DNA of 63,950 bases, counting the filler, from Octopus bimaculoides (taxonomy: Eukaryota), in assembly GCF_001194135.2 (NCBI RefSeq). It is 5 parts of 5 records of this genome, joined end to end, with 100 filler letters (N's around TTAATTAATTAA, not from the genome) between each part and the next. Parts side by side here need not be neighbours in the genome. Positions count along the whole stretch, not along the records: positions 1 to 25,963 come from NC_068982.1; 4 more parts are not named here. One strand, written 5' to 3'. Positions 11,627-24,976 of this stretch are shown piece by piece (position 1 is the stretch's first letter; every line of letters starts with the position of its first letter). The notes beneath the pieces were generated by a model that saw only the letters and a program-made list of their open reading frames with translations, was not told the origin of the DNA and did not search any database. The position numbers and the translations under genes were made by a program.

Positions 11627-13035
11627 ACTGATAAGATTGCTCATCGGTCGGCCAGATGATGAATTGTGTTTATAAGCGACTTTTTGTCTATTTGTCTACT
11701 GGCTTTTCACTGATTGCGATTCAGAATATCTGTGTGGCAGCAACTGAGGTAACTCACTTGGATTTTGGTGAGTTTCAGTTATCGTTAGGGGCCAACGCAT
11801 TTTCTAGCTTTGAAGAGAAGGGACAACTTTAAGACACGGTCTTCACAATGTTAACGCTGTTCCTTCATCATTGAAGTCCTTGCTGACAGCATGTCCTGAC
11901 ATTGAAGCCAATCACTACGGCTGCTGTTGCCTGCTACTCATGTATAAGTGGGTTTGCGATAATGCTATCATGCCCTAAGTAGAGTACCAAGAATCTGAAT
12001 CAAACTGTTTTCATCTATACATGTAACTCCCAATAAATGTACTGAATGCCCTCCTTTGAAAATGGATTGTTCATCAATTATTTAATATACGTAGAAATAA
12101 TTAAAATTTACCCTCCTTGTATATCTACTGCACGCACGCACACACACATTCATACATACATGCATACATAAACACACACGCACGCACAAGCATACACACA
12201 CATATGCAAAGTGGTGAGCCTCGTTAGGGTAGAAATATTGGATTTGCAGTGGGAGCTTGAATGCGAAGCCTTTACAGGACATATATCGTTTCTAGTTTGG
12301 GAAACGGGAGAGCATTTTGACGTCACTTGCCGTATGGATCGGGACCTTGCAAGTGTTGCTGCAGTACTGGGCAAATACTACTAGCATTTTTTAAGGAGGT
12401 AATGAGCCTCACCAAGCATTCTAGGCCTTGTTTTATGCCGGAACAGCTGCTGCGTAGCTATGAGTGAACCACTTGGGAGACTTAGGGCATTGAGTTTTAC
12501 GTGATTTATTTATTTAATATGCTTTATTCAAATATGTGTGAAAATAGGATACGGTATATCTTATAATGATTTAGTTATTGCGGTGTGTTTATTTATTTTA
12601 CAGAAGTATGTCTCATAATTACACATATGTTTCGTTTATTTGATTTTATTAAAATAAGTGTCTTGCTTGTGTTTATTTGTTCGCAGGGAAAAAGGCGTCA
12701 TGACTGTCACTTCTCATAACTTGAACCTTATTATAATTCTCGACGTGGTTTCTGGCTTGAAATTCGGCTGAGATCGAATTTGTCACTATGAAATATGTAC
12801 CAGTCATATCTTGGTGTATGCGTTAATTAACTGATGTTATTTAATGGTCTTGTGTCAATGTAAAACAACGCATACATGCCAAGTCAAACATTGCCAGGTC
12901 GATGAAAATAATTATTACTGCGTTGATATAATCAAAAAGAAACTTGAAATGAATAGAGTGTGAAAAAATCTGTGTATAACTGTAGACATGTATTTGTGTA
13001 TGTCATTGGTTAACTATAATTATTGTAGTTATACC

Positions 13036-13298
13036 GCCCCAAAATTACAGGCCTTGTGCTTATAATAGAAAGGATAAAGGCGATGAGCTGGTAGAATCGT
13101 TAGCATGCCGAGAATATGCTTTAACAGCATTTCGTCCATCTTTAAGTTCTGAGTTCAAATTCGCCGAGATCAATTTTGCCTCTCATCCTTTCGGGGTCGA
13201 TAAATTAAGTACTAGCGAAACATTGGATTCGATGTAATCGACTAGTCCCCTCCCCCAAAATGTCAGGCCTTGTGCCTTTAGTAGAAATGATTAGCGTG
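13036..13298 (+). mobile_element. SINE family 2: tail fragment plus full copy in tandem
   Basis: Tail-only segment 13036-13075, then head aaaggcgatgagctggtagaatcgttagc, B box gagttcaaatt, central cctttcggggtcgataaattaagtac. Flanked by t(a/g)gttatacc. Confidence 0.85.
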
Positions 13299-13424
13299 GT
13301 TATACCTCATCGACATATTGAATCAAGATGAGATTATCATGTATGATTATTGATTAGATCAAAATCGGCCCTATCAAAAGGACATCTGATAAAAGGCATC
13401 AGAGTTGGGAACCGACAAACATAT

Positions 13425-13865
13425 TTTACGTTGGACTGAACATCTGTTTCGTGCCTAAACATTTTACTATACAACGAAATCGTTTGTAGAAACGCCTGCA
13501 AGAGACATCAAGACTAAGATTTAAGGATTGTGTAAAGCCCACGTTCAAAGCTTGTGGAATATGGAAGGTCAACTGCGAAAGAAATGTTAGTCATTACTAC
13601 CAATGGAGGAAACAAGTAAAGTAAGCAGCAGGTGTATTCTAGAAAACACGAACTTTTCATGCAGAATTTAAGCAGCTGCACGAAAATGGTGTATCAGTGT
13701 AGTGAATGGAGGGGCAGGTTGGCCTGTAATATCTGCAGATATGTAAGTTTATCGAAGGCTGAGCTCCGTTTCTCTAAGGTGTCATGGTCGGAAGATCAGA
13801 AATATCGCTAACAGTGACAAAGAAGAAAGAGATGGCAGACATCTTTTAAGATGGAAAAATCACTA
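13425..13865 (+). mobile_element. RTE-clade LINE 3' fragment
   Basis: RWTEH, then RLRFKDCVKPTFKACGIWKVNCERNVSHYYQWRKQVK (RTE C-terminal KxRxKD..WR..V), then a decayed C-terminal zinc finger. Confidence 0.75.
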
Positions 13866-13974
13866 TGTATGTATGTACGTATGTATGTATGTATGTATGT
13901 ATGTATGTATGTATGTATGTATGTATGCATCGCCATGATAGATTGCTGACCACTACATTTATATTTCTTTTCTC

Positions 13975-14129
13975 CTTGTTTCTCTCCTTATTTCTTTCTA
14001 TGTTCCTTTCAGTTGAAGAGCGTGGCTCGAAACGTCAAAGACTTTCTCTATTCCCGAGCGTTAAACTAATACATCCATTTGTTGTTTACACCACCTGTCT
14101 TCGTCTGTTGTTTGTTTCGTAAATTCTCC
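13975..14129 (+). mobile_element. Penelope pLTR terminus with hammerhead-like motif (copy 1)
   Basis: Homologous to 42900-43081, which lies directly downstream of a PLE GIY-YIG ORF. Confidence 0.75.
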
Positions 14130-14795
14130 NNNNNNNNNNNNNNNNNNNNNNNNNNNNNNNNNNNNNNNNNNNNNNNNNNNNNNNNNNNNNNNNNNNNNNN
14201 NNNNNNNNNNNNNNNNNNNNNNNNNNNNNNNNNNNNNNNNNNNNNNNNNNNNNNNNNNNNNNNNNNNNNNNNNNNNNNNNNNNNNNNNNNNNNNNNNNNN
14301 NNNNNNNNNNNNNNNNNNNNNNNNNNNNNNNNNNNNNNNNNNNNNNNNNNNNNNNNNNNNNNNNNNNNNNNNNNNNNNNNNNNNNNNNNNNNNNNNNNNN
14401 NNNNNNNNNNNNNNNNNNNNNNNNNNNNNNNNNNNNNNNNNNNNNNNNNNNNNNNNNNNNNNNNNNNNNNNNNNNNNNNNNNNNNNNNNNNNNNNNNNNN
14501 NNNNNNNNNNNNNNNNNNNNNNNNNNNNNNNNNNNNNNNNNNNNNNNNNNNNNNNNNNNNNNNNNNNNNNNNNNNNNNNNNNNNNNNNNNNNNNNNNNNN
14601 NNNNNNNNNNNNNNNNNNNNNNNNNNNNNNNNNNNNNNNNNNNNNNNNNNNNNNNNNNNNNNNNNNNNNNNNNNNNNNNNNNNNNNNNNNNNNNNNNNNN
14701 NNNNNNNNNNNNNNNNNNNNNNNNNNNNNNNNNNNNNNNNNNATTCTATATATATTTTGTATATGTATATTCCTATTCTCTCTCTCTCTCTCTAA

Positions 14796-14913
<118 letters not shown>

Positions 14914-15263
14914 ATTGTATATAACTAAATAACCATTTTTGAAAGAAATGTTCCACCATGTAAAAACTGATCGGCAAATATATCGCATCAGTTACACTGA
15001 ATAAGAAATGACGCCTTGACACAATATAATAAGTGCATTAAACGGTCTAAAATACCTGACACCTGATAGGCGAGGAAACATTTGAGAAATATACTAAAAT
15101 ACCAAGCGTAACAGGCCATTAAGCTTCCAATATACGTGGAGTGAGTTTCTCTTTTCCTTTTTACACATCAACATAAAGCATCAATTGCCTATTTATTTAT
15201 TCATCGTCGTTATCGCCACCGTCATCGTCATCACCACCACCACTTCATTATCATTATTATTAC

Positions 15264-15311
<48 letters not shown>

Positions 15312-16518
15312 AACTATTACTTCAGGTTTCTTCTCTCCCTTGGCCTCTCTCTCTCTCTCCGATGCTCTCTTCCTCCCTCTCTCTTCCTCTCTCTCTCATA
15401 CATATATACATACATACATATATATATATATATAAATATATATATANNNNNNNNNNNNNNNNNNNNNNNNNNNNNNNNNNNNNNNNNNNNNNNNNNNNNN
15501 NNNNNNNNNNNNNNNNNNNNNNNNNNNNNNNNNNNNNNNNNNNNNNTATATATGTGTGTGTTTGTTTCTCTCACTGATTACGTTATAGTGTGTAATTGGA
15601 CTCCTAAAAATTAGAATAATTTTAAATGTCTTTACATTTTTAAACGTAAACATGCTCACAATCGCACGTATACAAGTACAGACATAACAAAGTGACTCGC
15701 AGTTTATGTGCTTCACGGAATATTTGTCTGCAAAAGTGAAATGGAATAAAATGGGAAAACTCAGTGGAAATCGAGCTCACATCTATTTTGCTAGCTGGTA
15801 AACTGCATGGTGTATTACTCTGAAAGTATATTTAAGCTTTTGTACATCTATTAAATATCTGTCGTCATTTGGAATACACAAGTATACATACCGTATTTGA
15901 TATCATATAAGACACACACCCACCACCACCACCACCACTAAGAAATATCTCAAAATTCTCCTCGGTTCCTATATGTGAAGTTGGACCTAAAACTTTTTTA
16001 TTGAATATGCGCTGCTGAAACTGGAACGCGTTTAATATACTCGTTCGTCTTTTTTGCCATCAAATACGGTACATGCATATATGCATCCAGTGGAACAATT
16101 GTCGCCGATGTTATAAATATTTCTAAGTGAATATTCCAAAACAGCAAGCTGTCTATGTTTTGGCTTATTCTGTCCCTAAATCCGCTGTCATTTCTTGTAC
16201 GAAAATGTACAGGCTATTTTTTAAGGTTTACAACAGTAATAGACTTTCATGTAAGCCATTATTTCTTTGAAGATTTTCCAGAGATCTATACTCAAAATTA
16301 GTTACGTCAGGGATCTCATCACAGGCTGCCCCACAATTTGAAGCCCCAAATTTTCTAGTTAGGTCTCATAGTAAAATGAAATTCATTGTCCGTTAAACTT
16401 CAGAAATTCACATATCTCCTTAAATATTAAAGGTTGATGTATGTGGGACTTTGTGTATGGATGTAGAGTCTCAGTCTCAGGCTCACAGTTTCTCTCTCTC
16501 TCTTTCTTTCTTTCTCTT

Positions 16519-16587
<69 letters not shown>

Positions 16588-17096
16588 NNNNNNNNNNNNN
16601 NNNNNNNNNNNNNNNNNNNNNNNNNNNNNNNNNNNNNNNNNNNNNNNNNNNNNNNNNNNNNNNNNNNNNNNNNNNNNNNNNNNNNNNNNNNNNNNNNNNN
16701 NNNNNNNNNNNNNNNNNNNNNNNNNNNNNNNNNNNNNNNNNNNNNNNNNNNNNNNNNNNNNNNNNNNNNNNNNNNNNNNNNNNNNNNNNNNNNNNNNNNN
16801 NNNNNNNNNNNNNNNNNNNNNNNNNNNNNNNNNNNNNNNNNNNNNNNNNNNNNNNNNNNNNNNNNNNNNNNNNNNNNNNNNNNNNNNNNNNNNNNNNNNN
16901 NNNNNNNNNNNNNNNNNNNNNNNNNNNNNNNNNNNNNNNNNNNNNNNNNNNNNNNNNNNNNNNNNNNNNNNNNNNNNNNNNNNNNNNNNNNNNNNNNNNN
17001 NNNNNNNNNNNNNNNNNNNNNNNNNNNNNNNNNNNNNNNNNNNNNNNNNNNNNNNNNNNNNNNNNNNNNNNNNNNNNNNNNNNNNNNNNNNNNNNN

Positions 17097-17128
<32 letters not shown>

Positions 17129-17548
17129 TATTTACGCATGTACGTAAGTGTGTGTGTGTGCGTATAAATATGTACGTTTTAATGTTTATGTATAATTCAT
17201 CTTTGCTTATGCACACGCGCGCGCCCACATGGTATGGACTTTCAAAGAGTTACATTTGCTGTCTTCCCTAAAATTCTGTCCTCCACTTTTAACTCACTTC
17301 CTTACCTATCTTTCATTAGACGTTCAGGCGGTTACCTCGGTTTGTTAAACTATTCACTCTGGCAAAATCAGAAACACGTAAAATGGAGCTCTCTCACCAC
17401 AAGTCGATATAAATCTCTTAATTCACAACTTCTACCAACATCTTTTCTCTGATGCTTTCCTAACGTAAGTTTCTTACTATAAACAAAGAGAATGTGACGC
17501 TAAGTAAAGGTGACGTAGCTAGAGTGCGTAATTCTCGGGGCTACCCTT

Positions 17549-18175
17549 CGGCTGGCAAAATCGCTTAAGCATCGGAGAGAACTCCTTGCTTTATTCTGTT
17601 TTTTTTTTTTTTTTTTTTGTTCTGGAATCATTACCTGCTCCTGATAAATTTGGCTTCCAAACTTTTGTGGGTGGAGAAGATACACTATTAATCCAGTAAT
17701 GGGGTCGATGGCATCGAATCTTAACCCCTTACCTCCGAATTACTGGCCATCTGCCAAACTCAGAAACCATTTTTGGAGAGTTGGTAGAATTGTCAGAGCA
17801 CAAGAAAAAATGCTTTTAACCTCTGATTTTTAATCTCACAGTAGTAAGCTAAATTTTCTCATTGCTCCGGAACCAGTCTAATTTCGCTTGAATTTACTAG
17901 CTAGAAATAATTTAGATACTTCTAATGGCAACCCTTCGGTGTTCGAAAATTCATAAAGGCGGTAAGCTGGCACAATCTTTAACATACTGGACGAAATGCT
18001 TAACAGCATTTCTTCTGACTCTTCGCGTTCAGGGTTCAAATTATGCCAGGCTTGACTTTACTTTCATCCTTTCTGGCCTGATTAGGACAAGTTGCGCGCT
18101 GGGGTCATTGTAATCGATTAGACGCCGCCCACTGAAATTTCAGGCCTTATACCTATAGTAAAAAGGATTATTATT
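17549..18175 (+). mobile_element. Cluster of three SINE family 2 copies: two degenerate (17549-17770, 17775-17860) and one clearer (17955-18175)
   Basis: Repeated head gctggca(a/g)aatcg, B box ggttcaaatt, tail tttcaggccttatacctatagtaaaaaggatt. Confidence 0.65.
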
Positions 18176-18470
18176 GAATGAGAGATCAGCGCATGTCATC
18201 AAAGTGACACTGGGGTACAAACATACAAAGCCCAAATTACTCTTCATGACTACTCGTCTGATAAATGTATACCAAGTGCATATACCACAACCACACGATG
18301 ACCTCATATTAAAATAAACATCACATGACCTTGTGGTAGGGTCCAGTTAGAATTTTCTTCAAGTTGAGTAACCCATCCAGAACAAAAGATCTCTGAATAA
18401 TTGTTATATAAGGATGATGAACGAAACACCAATGTTTCCAGGAGTGAATTATTAAACTCCAAAGCATTCG
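18176..18470. repeat. Unclassified interspersed repeat fragment
   Basis: Single copy here; I recall this sequence type (catcaaagtgacactggggt...ttagaattttcttc) as an abundant octopus repeat, unverified. Confidence 0.4.
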
Positions 18471-18480
18471 TAGTTATCTT

Positions 18481-18497
18481 CTTTCTTTCTTCTTCTT

Positions 18498-18595
<98 letters not shown>

Positions 18596-18603
18596 CGTTA
18601 TCG
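18481..18603. repeat. (TTC)n(TTA)n compound microsatellite
   Basis: Direct inspection. Confidence 0.95.
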
Positions 18604-18950
18604 TTATCGTTGCTGCTGTGGTTATACTGCTGCTTGAAACGAGAGCTCTCCAGATTCAATGTCTATCAATATTTGCTCTTGTTTCTCTATATTCTTGATC
18701 GAAATCCCACATGGCTTTAGTTTGCCTTTTATCCATCTCGTACCAGTCATGCAACGGGGTAGAGTCAACCAATTATATCACTCTCATAAGAATATATGGC
18801 GTCGTGACAATATGAAAAACGATACCATAATATTACTTTCCGCATATTTGAGTTCATTTACATATATTACTATAGTTTTTCATTGTATGCATGCTTGTAC
18901 ACAAGTACGAATTAATATACACATATGATGTATGTACGTACTTGTACTAC

Positions 18951-18999
<49 letters not shown>

Positions 19000-19454
19000 T
19001 GGAGTTAACATACATGAACCGACATACCAACATAAACATAGAAGCATGCACACACACACACACACACACCGATGTATATGTGTGTGTGTGATGTCTGCTT
19101 GTATGTGTCTATGTATGTATATTCGACTACACTACCAGTCCCAGGAGCACCTTCAGAGATAAAGTATCATAATAAAAATAAGACTTTTACCAGCAGTAAA
19201 GCAATAAACAGAAATATACACAGCCATAAAATAAGTACTTAACCCGAATCTGAAACATGCTTTATGCTATCTCAAAGATAACATCAAAATCGTTATATGC
19301 AAATGCGATAAAAGCTGCTTATTCCGTATTATGGAACGGAGAAAGATGGCTATATCACAGACAATAGCAATGTACTAAGTGGTTACAGTAAATTTTTTAA
19401 AAAAACTATAGAAGAACTACATGTTTCAGCAAGTAATTAAGCTTTAGGACTAAT

Positions 19455-19545
19455 TACTGCCCGAAATGTAGACGCAGTATTGTCGGATGGCGAAGAAATT
19501 TGCTTCGCAACCCTAAGGTTGGCGTTCGATCTCAGTATATAGCAT
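19455..19545 (+). mobile_element. Degenerate tRNA-like SINE head fragment
   Basis: ggatggcgaagaaatttgcttcgcaaccctaaggttggcgttcgatct resembles the family 1 head, with A/B-box remnants. Confidence 0.4.
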
Positions 19546-19588
19546 TTTTTGTTAAATCTTATTTTCTATAACCTTAGGCCAACCCATG

Positions 19589-19975
19589 TGGAAGCGCAAT
19601 GATCCAGTGATTAGGGCAGCGAACTCGCGGTCATAGGATCGCGGTTTCGATTCCCGGAATTGGGCGCTGTGAGTGTTTATTGAGCGAAAACACCTAAAGC
19701 TCCACGAGGCTCCGGCAGGGGATGGTGGCGAACTCTGCTGAACTCTTCCACCACAACTTTCTCTCACTCTTACTTCCTGCTTCTGTTCTGCCTGTAATTC
19801 AAAGGACCAGCCTTGTCACACTGTCAGGCTGAATATCCCCGAGAACTACGTTAAGGGTACACGTGTCTTTGGAGTGCTCAGCCACTTGCACGTTAATTTC
19901 ACGAGTAGGCTGTTCTGTTGATCGGATCAACCGGAACCCTCGTCGTCGTAAGCGATTGAGTGCCAACAACAAAAA
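19589..19975 (+). mobile_element. tRNA-derived SINE, family 3
   Basis: Head tggaagcgcaatgatccagtgattagggcagc (A box), gtttcgattcc (B box), long unique body, 3' end in caacaacaaaaaa. Confidence 0.75.
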
Positions 19976-20093
19976 ATGCCAACCCATAGATTGGGAATTA
20001 TACTGGGTGAAAGGAAACTCCGAAATACGTTGGATGTATTGTGTATGCAATTGAAAGATGTAGCGTTTATACACACTGTATGGCATTGATTCT

Positions 20094-20215
20094 ATGAGGT
20101 CACGTGGTTTAGTGATTAAGGTCTTGCACTAATGATCGCGAAATCGTGATTTAAATTCCTGAAGCACGTTGCTCAGCAATCACTTCGTCTCCTGACATTT
20201 GGCACACTGTGTACC
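20094..20215 (+). mobile_element. Degenerate SINE family 4 fragment
   Basis: gaggtcacgtggtttagtgattaagg...gatcgcgaaatcgtgatttaaattcc aligns with the head of the element at 49234-49493. Confidence 0.5.
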
Positions 20216-20558
20216 TGCCTAAGCAAAGACGGTTTTACGGAGGGAGGGAGTTAATGTACTGCTCAAACATTTGATAACTGTAAGCAAATCATTTGAGCAG
20301 GTTGTTCAAAATGAAATTGCAGAACCATCTTTCTCGGACAACGTGGATTCTGCCGAAGAATTATCTCCGAGAACAAGATTCTGTGAAACACTCAGCTACG
20401 TAAAATACAGATGATCGAAAGGTGAATCCTCATCGTCGAACGAAGAACCATCTACGACTTCAAGGATAGACACTCGAATTATTCCGTTTTTAACGTAACT
20501 GACAAGAGTTCATCTCAGCTTTTAGTTGCGGAGCCGTTAAAAATTACCCAACATCATA

Positions 20559-20974
20559 GGCGTAGGAGTGGCTGTGTGGTAAGTAGCTTGCTTACCAACC
20601 ACATGGTTCCGGGTTCAGTCCCACTGCGTGGCACCTTGGGCAAGTGTCTACTACTATAGCCTCGGGCCGACCAAAGCCTTGTGAGTGGATTTGGTAGTGG
20701 AAACTGAAAGAAGCCCGTCGTATATATGTATATGTATATATGTGTGTGTCTGTGTGTGTTTGTGTCTGTGTTTGTCCCCCCACCAACGCTTGACAACCGA
20801 TGGTGGCGTGTTTACGTCCCCGTAACTTAGCGGTTCGGCAAAAGAGACCGATAGAATAAGTACTAGGCTTCCAAAGAATAAGTCCTGGGGTCGATTTGCT
20901 CGACTAAAGGCGGTGCTCCAGCATGGCCACACTCAAATGACTGAAACAAGTAAAAGAGTAAAAGAGTAAAGAGT
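20559..20974 (+). mobile_element. Composite SINE family 1, full length
   Basis: Full head, microsatellite and tail; short TSD atcata at 20553-20558 and 20975-20980. Confidence 0.92.
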
Positions 20975-21623
20975 ATCATAACCATCACCGACTCGGGATT
21001 TTCGAAATACGCTACCAATAGGAGTATGATATTATCCAAGAATATACGTAGAGTATAATGTATATCACACATTCATCAATGTGTTTCTTCTCCGTTTTAG
21101 TACAAGCGATCGAGATCTCTGAAAAACCAATTATTTTGATAATGTTGCTTTCACAGCTCATCAGCTATGTGATGCGCAACACTTGTTTATATTCCTTGAG
21201 AATGCTGCAGCTTAGGTAAAGAAGTACATGACCGTCAATGGGGATGAAAGCTACTTCACATTTTATTTCAAATATTGCGACTTTAAGTAAATTGAGTCAT
21301 ACGGATGCATTCGTGTGTATATGTATGCCTGTGTAAGTGTGTGCATGTTTGTGTATGTGTGTGTGTGTGTGTGTGTCTGTGCGTATCTGTGTGCTGGTTT
21401 CTTTCCGTATGTGTGCGCGTGCTGCGTGTATGAGTGCGTATGTGTGTATGTATGTATGTATGTATGTATGTATATACAAATGGATACAATATGTTACAGT
21501 AATTCTGATGGACATCAATTCAGAAATAAATGTATGATAAACACATGTATATTAGTAATTTCATATACCAATAAATTTGCATAAAATATATACATATACG
21601 TATGAGTGTGTGTGTGTGTGTGT

Positions 21624-21715
<92 letters not shown>

Positions 21716-21957
21716 AATGCATAATATTTGGAATTTAAATATTATAGCAATATAGAAATAATGTAAATATGCTTATAATTTATATTACATTCTTAACATT
21801 ATAAAACATTCAAACATATAGCCAGAAACACTAGCCATTGTGCATTGAAATTCAAATTAAATTGCTAAAATATGATAATCAATTGAATGTTATCCATTTG
21901 AGATATATATAAATATTTATGTAAATAAGAACGCATGTGAATGAGTAAATTGCTACA

Positions 21958-22012
<55 letters not shown>

Positions 22013-22411
22013 ATGTGAGAGTATGTGTACGTTTCATTAGTATTTATTCGCCGATTGAAAAACATTTATTCACAAACCTTGATTTGATTTCATTGGAAAA
22101 TCATCAGATGTTCTACTTTGTCTCTTTTTCTTCCGCTCCGGAAAAATAATAATATAGTGAATAAGATTATCGTAGTTGTTTAACCCCAGGTATACTCTGA
22201 TCGTACAGATCCATAAACAACCAACGTAATTTTATCTTTAACTATCCTGTCTTTTCTGTCATAGTTTAATCTTTAACTACATTATGCATTATGTCTTTCT
22301 TTTTTCCCTTTTTTTCATGCTGGAAGTTTGGGATTTAATAGTAATTTGGTAACTATTTCTGGCAGATTGAGAAGCCATCTAGAGATTCACTCCTTGGTTG
22401 AATAATAAATA

Positions 22412-22666
22412 CAGTAATCCCTCGACTATCGCAGGCGTTTTGTTCCAAAGCTTTTCACAGAAATAATTAAAATCTAAAAATATATAATTACCTATCGGCC
22501 GCAGAAATTCGCAATATACTGAGAAGTCCGCAATATACTGAGAAGTCCGCAATATAAATTTACATATATTAGCCAGAAAAATCCACGATGTACTGAGTGC
22601 GCAGTAGGTGAACCGAGATGTACTAAGTGCACAATAGATGAACCGCGATATGGCGATGGATTACTG
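22412..22666. mobile_element. Tigger/pogo-like (Tc1/mariner superfamily) MITE
   Basis: TIR cagtaatccctcgactatcgc / gcgatatggcgatggattactg; TA target duplications on both sides. Confidence 0.85.
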
Positions 22667-23499
22667 TAATTTTAAAAGATGTAATACAGAGCACTCTGAA
22701 AAAAAATATCCAACAGGTGTGCAACCTCTCAGTGCCGAATACCCAAGTATTCCGTGCTAAACCGAAAAATACTTGGAATATTCGGGTCACTATTCCATGC
22801 CGGGTGATCCACCAGCGTTCCTTAATTAAGGAAATTGCTCAAGAATCCAAGACTACGCTCTTTGAAATCCTCTGTCTTTTTCACATACATATGTATATTA
22901 GGGTTATGATTTTTTCACAACCTAATAACCCTATACTGTAATTTGATGAATAATTTCATGAAAGTCAGGAAACTAACATTTATCTTGCTTTATTTGAAAA
23001 AAAAAAAAAAACGTCACCCCCAACTTAAGAAATCGATCACCACTCTAGACACAAATCATGCAAAATTCTAGAGGTTTCATAACGCCTGCTCAAATTTTTA
23101 CCAAACTTTGTGTGCTGAGTCAATGCAAAGCAAAAATAGTATATCTGAAATTCTAGCTTTCTAGTTGAAGTACCTTCGGAGTTATGAGTTTTTAAAACTA
23201 CAATCACTAGGTTGCACTAAATTCACACTTCAGTATTTCCGCAGCACAAATCCTTGTAAATGCAAGAGAGATGTGGAATAAAAGTGTCGCCAAGGAACAG
23301 GTAGCGACCGACAATTTGAAGTTTCATTGATATCCTGCAGTTGTTTTCCAAAGAATACTCTTCTAGAGGAACAGGTTTTCTTTTCCTATGTGAGTCTTGA
23401 AATTGCACGAGATTCTTAGTCCAGATTTTTTGTTTCTTTGAGTGACACAAGCACTTCTCTTATGAGACATTATTTTAGATACTTTAGTAGACTTATCCT

Positions 23500-23818
23500 A
23501 ACTACCCAGATAGCAATCCCCTTGATTATGTATAGGGTGCTGTTGAGTGAGAGAACAACTAACCTCCTTGTAACACCAAAGATGAACTGAAAGCAAGGAT
23601 TATGGCAGCATTCGCCAACTTAAACAAGGAGACGTTTTAAGAGGTTCCGAAGTCGTCTGGAGGCCATAGCTGAAGCCAATGGCGATTTTATTGAATAAAT
23701 TTACTGTTTAATATTTCAAGATATTTTTATGTAATTTTGGTAAATATATCTGTTAAAACGAGATGTCGGTGTTATTTTCACTTTTGCGTAATTTACACAA
23801 TTTATTCATCGCACCCTG
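23500..23818 (+). mobile_element. Tc1/mariner transposase 3' fragment with right terminus
   Basis: PNYPDSNPLDY..GAVE..NTKDELKARIMAAFANLNKET..FRSRLEAIAEANGDFIE*; ends caccctg/TA. Confidence 0.85.
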
Positions 23819-24944
23819 TATGCATATATAGATGTGTATACATATACACACACACGCACGCACGCACACACTCAGACACGTATGTGTGTGTCTATATATA
23901 TATAGACATATATGAAATTAAATGACATAATAAACGATTACTTTATAAACTTCATTAGCTTACCGCTGTTTCTGCTATAAGATGTTGTAGTGTACTCATA
24001 GTTGAGTGCCTGAGTAACACTTCATAACATTATTGGAGCCTTGAGTTCTATTCCAGGTTATCTGCCTCGCATTCCCTAAGCGAAGTATTATGTGTGTATG
24101 TGTGTGTGTGTGTGTGTGTGTATGTGTGTATATATGTGTGCGTGTGTGTGTATGAGTGCGTGCATGTGCAGGGTGGTCGTTCGGGAGTATGTGTCGGTGT
24201 TAATGTGGCCAGTAACATACCGGCTCAAATTTTAACTAAGACGAAATGAATACTGAACCGATATTAGTGACAAAACATGGTTAGGCATTGCCCCCAGCAT
24301 CACCGTAGTGATGCCGGAGAGCAATAAAGATAAGAGAAAAAGAAAAGATGTAACAGACACACGCGCGCATACACACACATACACACACGCACGCATACAC
24401 ATACATACACACACTCAGTCACCCACACATGTTTTATTATATAAAAGTTTCCACTACAAGCATTCCAACAATCATTTATGCTGGAATCAAGTCTCAATAG
24501 TTCAATTCAAATCATGAATATTTTCCTAATCACCGTTACATACATCCACACACACACACACACACACACATTCATACACGTACACACGCTTACATACATA
24601 CACGTACACATGTTTACAAACACATATTACATAGTACGCGCATACACATATGCATACGTATGTAGATGCATATATATACGCTCAGTCATTGAATCATTCA
24701 AATTCTAACGGTTTCTCTCAGTTATAGAATTTGCCCAATATTGGCACATCCTTTACATTGGTTTCATCAACTGTTCCTATGCCGTGTCACTGATATTTAA
24801 AAGACGGTGACAGGCGATTTGACCTTTTCAGAAGGTTAAAACTCTCCCTAAAGATATTCTCATGAGCGCATTTTATAAATTCAACAGCGCAGAAACATAC
24901 ATACATACATACATACAAACATACATACATACGTACGTGCGTGC

Positions 24945-24976
<32 letters not shown>

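Noticed and set aside
11725-11748. 24-nt micro-exon candidate (NICVAATE)
   Set aside because: AG/GT-bounded short segments are expected by chance in 64 kb; there is no independent support.
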